A stretch of 64,000 nucleotides of DNA, taken from NCBI GenBank assembly GCA_000708835.1, contig DF236951.1, forward strand, positions 2,388 to 66,387, given 5' to 3'. The stretch is from Klebsormidium nitens (Eukaryota; Plantae; Klebsormidiophyceae). The first letter of the stretch is position 1. The number at the start of each line of letters is the position of its first letter. The position numbers and the translations under genes were made by a program. Below are positions 1 to 11,500 of the stretch, in pieces. Under the pieces are notes generated by a model. The model searched no databases. It had not been told where the DNA came from and worked only from the letters and a program-made list of their open reading frames with translations.

Positions 1-229
1 GAGCTGCATCCAGTCACTTCCCAGACGTCCTTCCAGCAAAGCAAAGCATACTTCTGACTGCAGAGTAGAGCGTCCTGGTCATGCAAGAGACATACTTATC
101 TCGTAGCTCTACATACTAACACTAGTCGACATATCCAATAATAACTATTATCGAACATTAATTCGACCAATCAATACTGTGCCACGTGTCGCTTAGCGAG
201 ATAGTGGACTTAACCTATGTGAGTTTGAG

Positions 230-1120
230 CGGTTAGACTTAACCATAGCCCAAACGTCACACTACCGCGCGAATTCGACTTTACGACTCTGCGTGCGGCA
301 ATTTTTCCGGTTGCGTTGTGACCCAAGGCTTTCTACACCACCGAGCTAATGTGCCCCCTCTCACCAGTAAGGAGCACGCCACGTTCCGCATCGAGCAATA
401 GGCTTGGACGTGGCCCTTCTTACCATAAGCGTAGGCCCGTCTCGTGTCGGGGACGTCCCTGAGCCCCCTCGGGTGATTAACGGCTTAGGCTTGGCCCCCT
501 TAAGGTTGGCAACGGTTACTCCATACCAGTCCCGCTTGGCGAGTAACAAACGCCTTTTTCACAGCCTCAATCATCTTCGAGCCTCCCCGGAATTCTATCT
601 CTACTTCCAAGCTCTTCGATTTTGCTTCTTTCGCATGCGCATCGGTCGTAACAATGTCACTGTCCGTGTCAATGGCATGGACCGCCAACTTTACTTTGGA
701 AATGCATTTTGACACGCCGCCCCCAAATCCATCTTGATTTCGCCGAACTCTCCCACGTACTTCGTGAATGCTCTTTTCCAGCATCAACGTCAAGCCTCGG
801 TGTCAACCTCTTCTCAAATTGAACCACTCAAGTTGCGTTGCTCGTCTTCTCACACTCCTCAAGGACTCAAGTTCCGTGCCTTGACGGTCGTGTGCGCCCC
901 GGCAAACAACTTCGCATATGCATCATTTCCCGTGTGCACTGACCATCAAGGATCTAGTTGCTCAATGTTTTCCGGCCTGGGCCGCGGAATCAGGACTCCC
1001 TCTCGCCACGTGGAGGCTCTTTTACACTAACGGGCCTTAACTTCTCCTTCAACCTGTCGACCAATTACCCCTTCCGAAAATCGAGATGCGCGGCGTGAGC
1101 TTATCCAACCCCGCCATTTT
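230..1120 (-). mobile_element. Degenerate Ty1/copia LTR-retrotransposon gag remnant (frameshifts and stops), possibly running into the protease
   Basis: Manual minus-strand translation across frameshifts gives, in gag order: MAGLDKLTPRISIFGRGNWST (N-terminal ..NY..W motif), GAHTTVKA (TAKEAW-like), FTKYVGEFGEIKMDLGAA, DIVTT..SLEVE..KAFV. Two eroded CCHC knuckles follow (xYAxGKKGHVQAYC and CSxxGERGHISSVCRK, ~330-430). Boundaries approximate. Confidence 0.7.
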
Positions 1121-2301
1121 CTTCACGATAATGGTCTTCTAATCGCACCCGCGCTCTTCTTCTCTCCTCACACTAACCGCGTCAGCCTTCCTTTCTTGAG
1201 GTAGCATCGTGTGGGCCCATAACCTTTGAAATCATCAATCATGCTTTTCACAAGCCCGGTAGGTTCTAACCACCCTTACATGAAGAAGGGTTGTATATAG
1301 CTAGGTACAAAAAGAAACTAGGTACGTTGCTTGAATCCGTCTGCAGCCGCATTTGGATCGTTTGAAGCTCGCCTCATGCTAGTGAGCAGGATATAACCAA
1401 TTGCCATCGTTGAGGATGGGTGGAAGGGCAGCTCGGCACCGCAGCCTCAGACACTGTATATTTGATTGCGAGCGGGACGGCCCATGAACTTCCCCGTGCA
1501 ATGCCCGGTGGAGGACTAGTAGAACGAAGACTCGCTTGAATTTGGTGAAAGTCGACATATTGAAGTTGCAAAAAATGGTTGATTTGGGCTCAATTTGGGA
1601 ATGAACGGGTGGGGGAATGGGCACCCCAACCCCGGTCTCTATCATGGCTTCCCTATACACGCGTACGCTGGCCGGAGGGCGGGAAGCTTCCCTGAGCCGA
1701 CATCTCCGAACAGCCGGAATAAGGAGCTGTATGCTTAGTTGGGCAAATTTTGTCGTCCAACCAAATGTGATCGGACTCCGGCGCGCAGATGTGACTTGTT
1801 CAAGTAATACTCGGGCAAAGTTTTTGCCAGGCTGAATTCGGTGAGTGAAAAGAATTCATGGTTTGCAACCCCCCAACGACTATGTAGAAAAGGGGCATTG
1901 AAATCCATTAGTAACACCGGATATGAATTTGCTGCAATCCCACTATATTTTTGTACACCATATCCTTATCCCCATAGCTGCAGATTGAAAGCTATTGCAT
2001 GTACGACACGACACTTGCAACGACCAGGGCAACGTACCGTAGCTTTTGTTTCCAGGAGCTGATGACGTCACCGCACATGAGATTCAAATGCAAAGCTCGC
2101 CCCATACAGAATCAGGGGCGAGCTGAAAAATTCGACATTCAAGGGCCTTCATCTTGGCTTTCATTACTAATAATTCGTAAATGATTCTGGTGGGATCTTG
2201 TGAATCTGGTGCAATTGCATGCAAGCTCGGTTTCTGCTTAGAACTCCGTCCAGCAAAATGCATGACAATTGGAAAGACAACGTAAATCTTCAACGCTTGC
2301 T

Positions 2302-4713
2302 CTAGAAGAATAAATGTTTCAAAACAAGCACCACCAGCATGAACAAAACCATTAGTATGAGGATCATTACGCATAACACCATCCGTCCAGCTTTCTGCGT
2401 CTTCTCAGCCTGCACACTCACATACGCAAAGGAATTAGCACGTCTAAGTTCACCATATGAGCACATATTGCAAACAGCTGAGAGCAAGGATATAGACTGA
2501 GCACAAGTGAGCACAAACAACCGATACGAGAAGAGAAGAGACCACAAGAACCCAAGGCTTACCAACGTATTGTGAAAAACTTTTGACAGGCACGGCGGAA
2601 ACTTGGATGTCAAGCAACGACGAATGTCCAGGCCGGGAAAGTACAATGATCGAAGAGTACCTTTTCGAGCTCCTTGACTCCAGCGTTGATAGATGTGGCC
2701 ACTTGCTCGATGTTGTAATCTATACGGTCCACTATTGTTCCCTGCAGTCGAGAACACAATGAAGCTGATTCAAGCAGAAAGATTTCGAAGCGCATCTCCC
2801 AAAATCATGAGAGAGTTGCGATGAAGACATTGTGATGGAAGTGGTCGTGTCCAATTCGCATGTGGAAGCGTGTATTCGAAAAGCCATCAACGATCCAAAC
2901 CGGAATACAAACCCATCATGCGCAAAACGTACTGCTTTCAATAGTGCTCCAAAAGACTCACCTGATCGATCACAAGCGTGGATAAGTCTCGCATAATCTG
3001 GGCAAGCTCATTCACGGACTCCAAAATCTGGACAGGCAGACCAAAGGTCAGTACCCAATAGTCACTGATAGCTTCCATGAAATGCTCTTTATTTCATCTA
3101 AAATTCATGTCCTCGAATCTTATCATCAATGGTTGATGGTCAATCCTAGAAGCTGCCTTCTTCTCGACAAGAAGGCAACCACCCAAACGAGCCACCCAAA
3201 CGAGAGATTTAACATTCGTGGCCAGCACAATCCACCCGGGCTCCACCACGTGTGCTTAGATAAAACGACTCAAGATGAAGGATCCACATGCAACGCAGAT
3301 GAGGTCAACGTTCACTTGCAAGCATCTGAGCACGCGACACGTTTGATATTGCAGAAGATAATGCACTTTGTTCTGAATTTGCTACACCCCCAAGCTGGCT
3401 TCCTCACAAGGTCCTCCCCAGCTGGATCTTCGGAACCGCTGCGCCACAAGGCTTGCTTACCTGCTGAACTTCTTTGTCCCTCTCAGCAGCTAGCGCTTCC
3501 GAGTTCTTGATCCTCTGCAGCTGGACCTCTGTGAAGCCCTGCAAACGCAATGGGAGGGCCAGGTTGGTGCCGGACAGAGGTCACCAATGATCATCTGATC
3601 AATCCATGTAACCGACTAAACTGCAGAAAGAGGTTGTCCAGGCAGAAAGGCCTTACCGGATCATATGACTCGTCCTCATCTTCCCGAGGCCGATCTAATG
3701 CTGTTCCCAAACTTGAAGAGGCTCCCTGCATGAAATGAGTGCGCAATAGTCAATCTGCATAAATCAGTGAACATGGAAACAAACATTATGCAGGACCAAT
3801 TCAGTCAGAGAAGTGTATCCACTCCAAGTGCATCCTTTCTAAGGAAGCGTAACAAGGCTGCCACCGAGAAGAAGTGTATCACTTCTTACGTCTTGCTGCG
3901 CTTGCAGCTTTTGAAGGTATGCTTTTTGCTGCTTGCGGAAGTCCAGGGATATTGCCTGAAGGTCTGTCGCCAACGCCCTCTGCAAGGAGTAAGAGAGCCC
4001 CCGTGAATAAGGTAAATGCTGCTGAAAAGAGCACACCATGAAACTCCATACCACCTTGTGGCAACTTTGGAACTTGATCCAGGGGCCGCCACCTACACGC
4101 AGAGTTGGCGGCCGCCGTGCAAGGCTGACCTGAACGTTCTTTCTGATGCTTGCATCTTGGCCCTTGGCGCCCTTCTCAGCCTCCAACCTTCGCAGCTTCT
4201 GTTCGCACTTTTTGAAGCCCCGTGTGACCTCCTGGGTGACAATCTCGATAGTTTGGTCAGTGCCTCCGCTGTCATCAAAGGTGGGCATGAGGGCTCGAGA
4301 GTGTATCTTGCTGAGCTCAGCCATCTTGAGCCTCAGCTTCCCAATCTCCGTGGCCACCTCCTCGCTGACATCCACCCAGGCAGGGGGGAGCGCATGCCCT
4401 ACAGAGCCCCTGCACAGACAAGCACATACAATCAGGTCTGCCCGCCAACGAAAAGAGGGAGATCAGCCAAAAACATGTTTGGGCTACAATGGATGGGTGA
4501 AAGAACACGCAAGCAAAGCCAGAAGTTGGTTGGAGGATGCTCCGCGCCCCACCTGCTTCCGTCAGCATCCGTTGTACTGATCGTGTCATAGCCACTGCGG
4601 CCCTTACTTGCAGTCAGCGAAGACATCTCAATTGTTGCTGAGAATGCCGGCTTGCTCTGACGAACTGCCTCCCGGTACTTCAAAAAAGCCACTGTGCGAT
4701 TGCGAGTCGCCAT
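2302..4713 (-). CDS. SYP4: Qa-SNARE syntaxin, SYP4/syntaxin-16/Tlg2 family (~310 aa)
   Basis: 8 GT-AG exons that join in frame: 4713-4553, 4409-4130, 3979-3890, 3725-3657, 3538-3461, 3027-2962, 2741-2661, 2409-2302. N-peptide MATRNRTVAFLKYR, LPPAWVD, SNARE motif ILESVNELAQIMRDLSTLVIDQGTIVDRIDYNIEQV, and a C-terminal TM helix. Confidence 0.95.
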
Positions 4714-4912
4714 CTTCGAGCGAAATCAAAAAATTGCACTTGCACCTAGACAATGTCTTCCAATTGCTGCGTCGAATCTGCGGTCATCTAGCTTCTGCAA
4801 GCGCCTCTACAATGCTTCAAAGCGCAGCTGGCGAAGTGTTCTTCCGAAAGTGTTCCGAAGCCTCATGTCAGCTCAGCCTCGGAGTGTGGTTGGTACAGAT
4901 CTAAGATAGTAT

Positions 4913-5047
4913 TACGGTATAGGGGGCGCAGACCAAACTGCCTGCAAATTGTTTTTAGGGTTCGGCTCTAGGTACCTACTACTACTAGGTACCTGGTATC
5001 CAACAGGTCTGAGGTACCGTTAAAGCTGGTGCCAGACGGTACTAGGT
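4913..5047. promoter_or_regulatory. Candidate bidirectional promoter core of SYP4/APR with TACGGTA, a telo-box-like TTAGGGTT and two CTAGGTAC
   Basis: TACGGTA 4913-4919, TTAGGGTT 4955-4962, CTAGGTAC 4968-4975 and 4985-4992, all between the divergent ATGs at 4713 and 5196. Function is inferred. Confidence 0.45.
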
Positions 5048-5195
5048 AATTGCACAGTGCTGATCCGAATCGTGCTCCCACCTGGCCAGGGAGGCTGATT
5101 CAAGTGATTGCCAGTCCCTAGACTCTTCAACTGGGTTCCTGGCTCCTGCTCGCGGTGGCGGCCTCAAGCGGCCAGTGCCTCTCATCAACCCTGTC

Positions 5196-8100
5196 ATGGC
5201 TCTGAGCACCCTTGCCCCTCAACTGGGGAGTGCGTCGTGGGCGGCGACCACTGGTCATCGTCCACACGGGGCCAGTTCAAGGGAGGCGTGTGTTGCAGGG
5301 ACTCGTCTGGCCCTACACGGAGCACCAGGTAAGTGGACGACCGCCGTTTTCCTGTGAGGCAGTGGTGGGTGAGCCTTGAGCTGCTGGATCATGCTGTCGC
5401 CACGCTGTGTGCTGGCCAGTCCCGACCTGCCTGCCCGCTGTGGCTCATCTGTCAGCCTGCCTGCCTCGCTCACTGCAGAGGCCCCCACCGCTGCTGCTGC
5501 GGTCTCTGCCTTCTGGGGGCACCAGCTGCGGCGGCTGCCTGGCGCGGCTATCCGCAGCCAGCGGACAGCATGCTCAAGGATCAGAGCGGTCTCAGGTGCG
5601 CACTGGCCTGGACTGACGAGCCTCCACCTTAGTGCGATGCTTACCCTTCGGTCATCCTAGCGACCTGGCGCCACCTCGCCTCTTGCCTGCCGCTGCCTCT
5701 GAAGCTCGTATTTTGGTCTGACTTCCGATGAGGCCTGCGCCGTGGTCCGCTGTTCCCCACCTCGTTGATTGTGGCAACGGTGTGCAGTGGTGGAGGCTCC
5801 CCCGTCCGCAGGGGAGGTGGTGGACTACGCTGCTCTGGCCAAGGATCTGGCGGCGTCGTCCCCGCTGGAGATCATGGACACTGCGCTGGACCTGTTTGGC
5901 AAAAACATTGGCATTGCCTTCAGGTGGGCCTAACTTACACGCACCTCAGATTTACACGGACGTTCTGCCGCTGCTTGTGGCTGCCTGCTTTGAGGCAGCA
6001 TTGCCGACTGGAACCTGGGAGGCGTGTCCGCTAGCTGCGTGTCCGGTCCTCGCTGCTTGCCCTTCTGCAACTGGGCCCGCAAGCGGCCCTGCGCCTGTAC
6101 TGTACACCACATGTCCGCCTCTGCCAGGCCGCTTCCTGCGCATTTACTGCTGGGTCTGATTGCAGTGGGGCTGAGGATGTGGCCCTCATTGAGTACGCGC
6201 GGCTCACGGGACGGCCCTTTCGGGTGTTCAGCCTGGATACCGGCCGCTTGAACGCAGAGACGTACCGCTACTTTGCTCAGGTGGGCAGCGCTGGCCAGCC
6301 GCTGCAAGTGCTGGGTGCTGCATCAGGAGCGTGCTTAGGGCCCCCATGCGCATGTTTCTGCACCAGATCTGTCTGGCACCCCTCTCTCCGCTGCTCGTGT
6401 CCAGCCCCTGGTGCTCTGTGCGTCGCTGCCCGCCCTGCTGAGTCGTGCTGGCGGTGCGGCGCTCAGGTGGAGGCGCACTACGGCATCCGCATCGAGTACT
6501 GCTTCCCGGAGGCCAAGGAGGTGGAGGACCTGGTGCGCACCAAGGGCATGTTCAGCTTCTACGAAGACGGCCACCAGGAGTGCTGCGCCGTCCGCAAGGT
6601 AACGCCCCGCGGCAGGCACCCCCCCGCCCCTCCGACGGAAGCTGCTCCAAGCAGGTGCCTCTCCGCCGGCGCTTGAGCCCAGCTTTGTCACATGTGCTGC
6701 TGGTGTGTGTATTGCCAGCTCCTCTGTGCTCAGGCGGGCAGCCACCCTGCGTGGGTCCCGTCGTGAGCAAGTCCCCGGTGCGCGCGTGCAGGTGCGGCCG
6801 CTGCGTAAGCAGCTGCGGACGCTGGACGCGTGGATCACGGGGCAGCGCAAGGACCAGAGCCCCGGGACGCGAGCCGCTGTGCCGGTGGTGCAGGTGGACC
6901 CCGCGTTTGAGGGCCTCTCTGGGGGGCCCGGCAGCCTGGTCAAGTTCAACCCGCTGGCCAACGTCAAGGGCACCGATGTGTGGGGCTTCCTGCGCCTGCT
7001 CAATGTGCCCGTCAACGAGCTGCACTCCAAGGTGGGGGGCCCCAGCAGTAGCACAAAGGCCGGGCATGGCAGCTTTGTTGCGGCACTGATGGGCCCCACT
7101 GAGCGTACAGTGCCCGCCGCCCGCTTGTCAGTGCAAAGCCAGCCTAGGTACGCCGACTGCAGCGGTTGCCTTACCTGCGGTCCCTTTCTCTTGTTTCACG
7201 TGCATCTTCATGTTTTGGGGGTGATGATCCTCATGTCGCTCTTCATACAAACCTGGCGTTGCCGGTTGGCTGATGCGGTTCGTGCGTGCAGGGCTTTGTG
7301 TCCATTGGGTGTGAGCCGTGCACGCGGTCGGTGCTCCCTGGGCAGCATGAGCGGGAGGGCCGCTGGTGGTGGGAGGATGCCACCATGAAGGAGTGCGGCC
7401 TGCACAAAGTGAGCCCCCACACCGGCGCCTCTCCGGCACCTGCCGCAGCCCGCGCTGGCTGCGCGGAGGACACTCAGTGCGGCGCTGCTTCAGCTCGAGG
7501 CTCTCCCTCGCTGCGTTTTGGCTCCTCTTATTGCACTCTGGGGGCCCCACCAGGGCTCCTGACAGAACCGATGGAAGGAGAACGTGGCCTGCAGTTTGCA
7601 GTCCCAACCCCCCACACCGCTTTGATACCCAATCAACTTTCAAGGTAGCGCGCGACCGGTAATGTCGACTTTGACTTGACGGCGGTCGGACCGTTTTGCT
7701 GCGGACAGTGAAAGTCAAGCCGAAAGGCTCTGTGCTAGGTCGCAGTACACGGCATGTGCAATCCGTCGGCGGTGACGTCAACAGATCACGTTCGCTCGCG
7801 CACAGAGTACCACACGGGTGTCGGGGCTTGGAACTGCAAAGTGCAGTCCGCATTCTCCCTCCATCCGTTCTGACACCTTGGTGTGGGATTGTCGTTCTTG
7901 GCCGGGCTGCATGCTTGCCTCGTCCTTGTGGGGCCTCCACCTCGTGCTGCTCGTTCCATTCCCGCAGGGCAACATTGCCGTGGCCGCCCCTCAGTCGGCT
8001 GCTCCCCTCACCACCGGCAATGGCGCGGCCGCCGCCAACGGCGCTGCGCCGGGGGCGGAGGTGGCGGCTGGGACGGAGGGGGATGCCAGCACGGAGGCGA

Positions 8101-8973
8101 GCACTGCCGTGACGAGTGCGCCGTCGGAGCACGCGGACCTGTACGCCGACACGGACGCGGTGGCGTCGCTGAGCAAAGAGGACGTGGAGCAGCTGCTGCG
8201 CAGCACGGGCCAGGACGCCACGCTGCTGGTGCTCTACGCGCCCTGGTGCCGCTTCTGCCAGGTACGCCACTGTCCGAGGGACACAGCGGCTGGGAAGAGG
8301 AAGGATCACAGCGTGCATTTGTCTGCAGTGGCGTGCTCAAGGGGTCGTTTGCTGTGCAGCCTTCTGAGCACTTGTCTTGTTCCAAGGACAAGTGAACGGC
8401 AGCTCAGCAGGATGACAGAGCAGCCTCGGCATGGGCCAGGAGTCACCTTCGAGGACGGCGGGCCCAGCCCAATCCGTGACAGCCACGCGCAGCGGTGTGC
8501 CGACTTGCTCGTGTGCGAGGGCTCTGACGGGCGTGCTGTGCTGCGCTGGTGCAGGCCATGGAGGAGAGCTACGTCCAGCTGGGCGAGCAGCTGCGGGGCA
8601 CCAACGTGCGGGTGAGCGCCGCGGCCCCGCTCTGAGGGCCTTCTGCTGCAGCACCGCGGACAGCCGGCGGCCCTCAGCTCGTGCCTGCTGCCTCTGCGAT
8701 TGTGCTTCTCCGATGGCCGCTCACTGTCCCGCCTGCTGTGTGCTGTCCTGGCAGGTTGCCTCCTTCCGGGCCGATGGGCCCGAGCGCGCCTTTGCGCAGA
8801 AGGAGTTTGGCCTCAAGAGCTTCCCCACCATCGTGCTCTTCCCGCGGCGAGCGCAAGGCAGCCGTAGCCGCGCCTTTGTTACCTACCCCTCGGAACGGCG
8901 GGATCCGGCCAGCCTCCTCGCCTTTGTGAGTGCCATTGCGGGGCCAGTGGGAGAAACCTGGAGCGGGCCTTAG
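5196..8973 (+). CDS. APR: Plastid adenosine 5'-phosphosulfate reductase, Fe-S (plant APR) type, with C-terminal thioredoxin-like domain
   Basis: Transit-peptide-like MALSTLAPQ.. start. Spliced exons encode [112 protein letters not shown] and [10 protein letters not shown]. Stop at 8971-8973. About 10 exons. Confidence 0.95.
7558..7876. repeat. Imperfect ~60 bp inverted repeat (arms ~7558-7620 and ~7815-7876) in an APR intron
   Basis: Arm A ctgacagaaccgatggaaggagaacgtggcctgcagtttgcagtcccaaccccccacacc versus the reverse complement of arm B gtgtcagaacggatggagggagaatgcggactgcactttgcagttccaagccccgacacc: about 49 of 60 positions match without gaps. Confidence 0.8.
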
Positions 8974-9916
8974 GGGACGGGTTTTGGTCGATCATTCATG
9001 TGTCCAAGAAGCGTCCTTGTTTTGAGAGATGCGCATTCGTCCTTACAAGGATATGAGGAGGTGCCTTTAAGCATCAATAGCAGCCAGAGGACAAAGAGTT
9101 CTTTAGTACGGTTACATGTAGGCCGCCCACAGTCTGGGTCTGTATGCTTTTGCCGACTTCGTCTACATTGGTTAATTGATAGTACTTATGTCAACGCATC
9201 TTTGTTCGTTGCTCAAGGGTTCTTGTGCACGAGGTGAGCTAGCCATGGCTACATGCTAAGGACCACTTTCTCTCTTTGGGCATATCAAGATAGAGGCGAC
9301 GTGCTTGACGTTATTTGACATAGTCGGACAGAGCTTCAGCAAGCATTTTCACCGTGCAGCAGCTGGGTGGCCATTCATTGTGATGCATGCACTAGCTCGA
9401 GCTGGAATGAGCCGGAGGTCGGATGTAGGTCGTTTCTTCCGGAATTCGGGATCCGACAATCGGTCGACGGGCCCGCAGGCTTATCAGAGTATCACATACT
9501 TCATGTAGCATCAATGACTCAAGTGGCTTGCAACAGCCTGACATGGGAGGCTAAAAAGTGCTTGATGAGGTGGTGGAATTCGAGACATGCAAGCTACACT
9601 GCTCAAGTCACTCATACATCTGAACGGTTTGATCACATGCACATGATGTCATCCTTCAATCCTATCGCAAATTCCATTCGTCAACGCCCATCAACAAGTT
9701 GGCAGTAAGAAACAAAAAGTAACAGTGCGTCTGTCTACTACTTTGTGTAGCCTTATACCTTTACTCCTGTGGTGATAAACAGTTCCTAACTGGAGAATTC
9801 TGAAAGTTGTTAGGCAGTAAACATTTCTTTGGGCAGTCTACTCTGAAGTTGAGGAGGATAAAAAGACCATCTCAAAGATGAAAAGCAATGTGTTTTTATA
9901 AGAAGCTATCGTATCT

Positions 9917-10897
9917 TCAACCACCAAACAAGAAATTGAGCTGACTGTTGCCTCCAGGTGCGGCGACGACCCTTGTACCTGAAAAGGCATACAACCTCCA
10001 GTTACACAACTTATTATCAAACAATGCATTTCAGGAATTGGCACGACAAGTATGAATAGAGCAAGGACCCAGGCGCGAAAAGTTCTGAAATGCAAGATTG
10101 AACCAAACAATACCAAGGTTTGAGACAAAGTCAAACACTCTTGCATGGCATTGGGTCTACCAAACGGTGGGGCTTACTTGGCCTGTCGGTGAGGAAGTTG
10201 TTCACATTCTGTCCATCTGAATGGGGAAAGAGAGGAGCGGGTTAGCAGTGTTGATGTTTATGAGTTGCTGTGTCCAGCTTAATCGAGAGTATACATCTGC
10301 GGGTGCTTATACAGGGACTGCCTTCGAATTGCACGGAAGCAAGCTAAGCCTAAAGTGCCCTTTCGTTTTTGCATCTCAAGATCAGATTGCTGGCAATGTT
10401 ATAGTTGAACCACTCCAGGGAAAGTCGTCTAGGGCATCCTTCGCAGAAGCACCCGCAAGCAATTTACTCATAGGGGACCCAATTAAGAGGCGGCAATCTG
10501 CAAGCATGAGGAAATATAGGATGTCCGTCCTCTGCAAACCAAATATGGGTTCTGTAATAAAACAAATCCTTACAATGGCCAGATCCTTCAGCATCCTACC
10601 TGCCCTGTGGTAGTTGTTCACGCTCGTTTTGCTTTGGGTGTTGCCTCCGCCCAGCGTTTGCAGGGAAGCCGCATCAGGGGCCGGATATGTGTTTGCCGCA
10701 TCCTTCACACTGTCCACCGGCAGACTCTTTGAGTGCACATCGCCCACAGGAGCCTTGTCGTGAGGAGTTGGCGGGGCAACTTTGGCTCTTCCCCGTGGGT
10801 TGATACTTGTGGTCGCCGGAGCCTGCTCCGAATTGGAGTCTCCAAAAAGGTAACTCAATTGTGAAGAACCCCCGCCGGACATCTGACCCCTCCCCAT
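9917..10897 (-). CDS. SPR1: SPIRAL1-like microtubule-associated protein (~132 aa)
   Basis: Exons 10897-10600, 10216-10178, 9978-9917 join in frame. N-terminal MGRGQMSGGGSSQLSYLFG and C-terminal [39 protein letters not shown] are the two SPR1 signature repeats. Confidence 0.9.
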
Positions 10898-11369
10898 GAC
10901 TGAACTTTTTGAGCAGAGCAATGGATCGCAGATGCTGACTTCCGTTGGGCGTCTTTGTGCAATCGCTCACCGCTTATAAGCAGAAACTTTGTATGATTCT
11001 GAAGCAAGTGACGATGGAACCTGAGGCTGAAGATGAAACTGAAACTGCAGGCTGTGGGCCTGTGGCCCTAGTACTAGTAGGGGTACTTCCATACGGCTGA
11101 CGTCCTCTGTCCTTCACTGTCACATTGATCGACACAGCGCTTCAACAGAATTCTGGTTTCCCCGCCGTCACTGCGGCCGTCGAGCTCCGGCTGCTCGTGC
11201 CAGTCTGGAGCAACTACGGTTCAAATAAGAGAGAGCTACCCCGACGGCGAGCGGCCGTCGGACCGGCGCCTTTTAGGTCGTAGTCGTGTGTCGCTACGTC
11301 GAACTTCGAGTCCGTCGTTGTCGTGCAGCTTGTCGCTAGGACAGCGCGCGGCGGCGCCCATGTGAGAAA

Positions 11370-11378
11370 TTAGGGTTT
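11370..11378. promoter_or_regulatory. Telo-box (TTAGGGTTT / AAACCCTAA) in the SPR1/SPRING1-like divergent promoter
   Basis: Exact TTAGGGTTT about 120 bp upstream of the ATG at 11501. Regulatory role inferred from land-plant telo-boxes. Confidence 0.35.
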
Positions 11379-11500
11379 GAAGCTAGGACATACGGTCCTG
11401 TACTACTATAGTACCAATGGCAATATCTGATATCAGAGAACTTTCGAAGTGGTGAATACCTAGTGAAGTTGACGAGGGGCTGCCAGGCGTGTTGGCAGAA

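Noticed and set aside
2084-2300. ORF fragment superficially like a PPR E+/DYW region
   Set aside because: No HxE/CxxC deaminase motifs or PPR repeats. It lies in the SYP4 3' UTR/flank.
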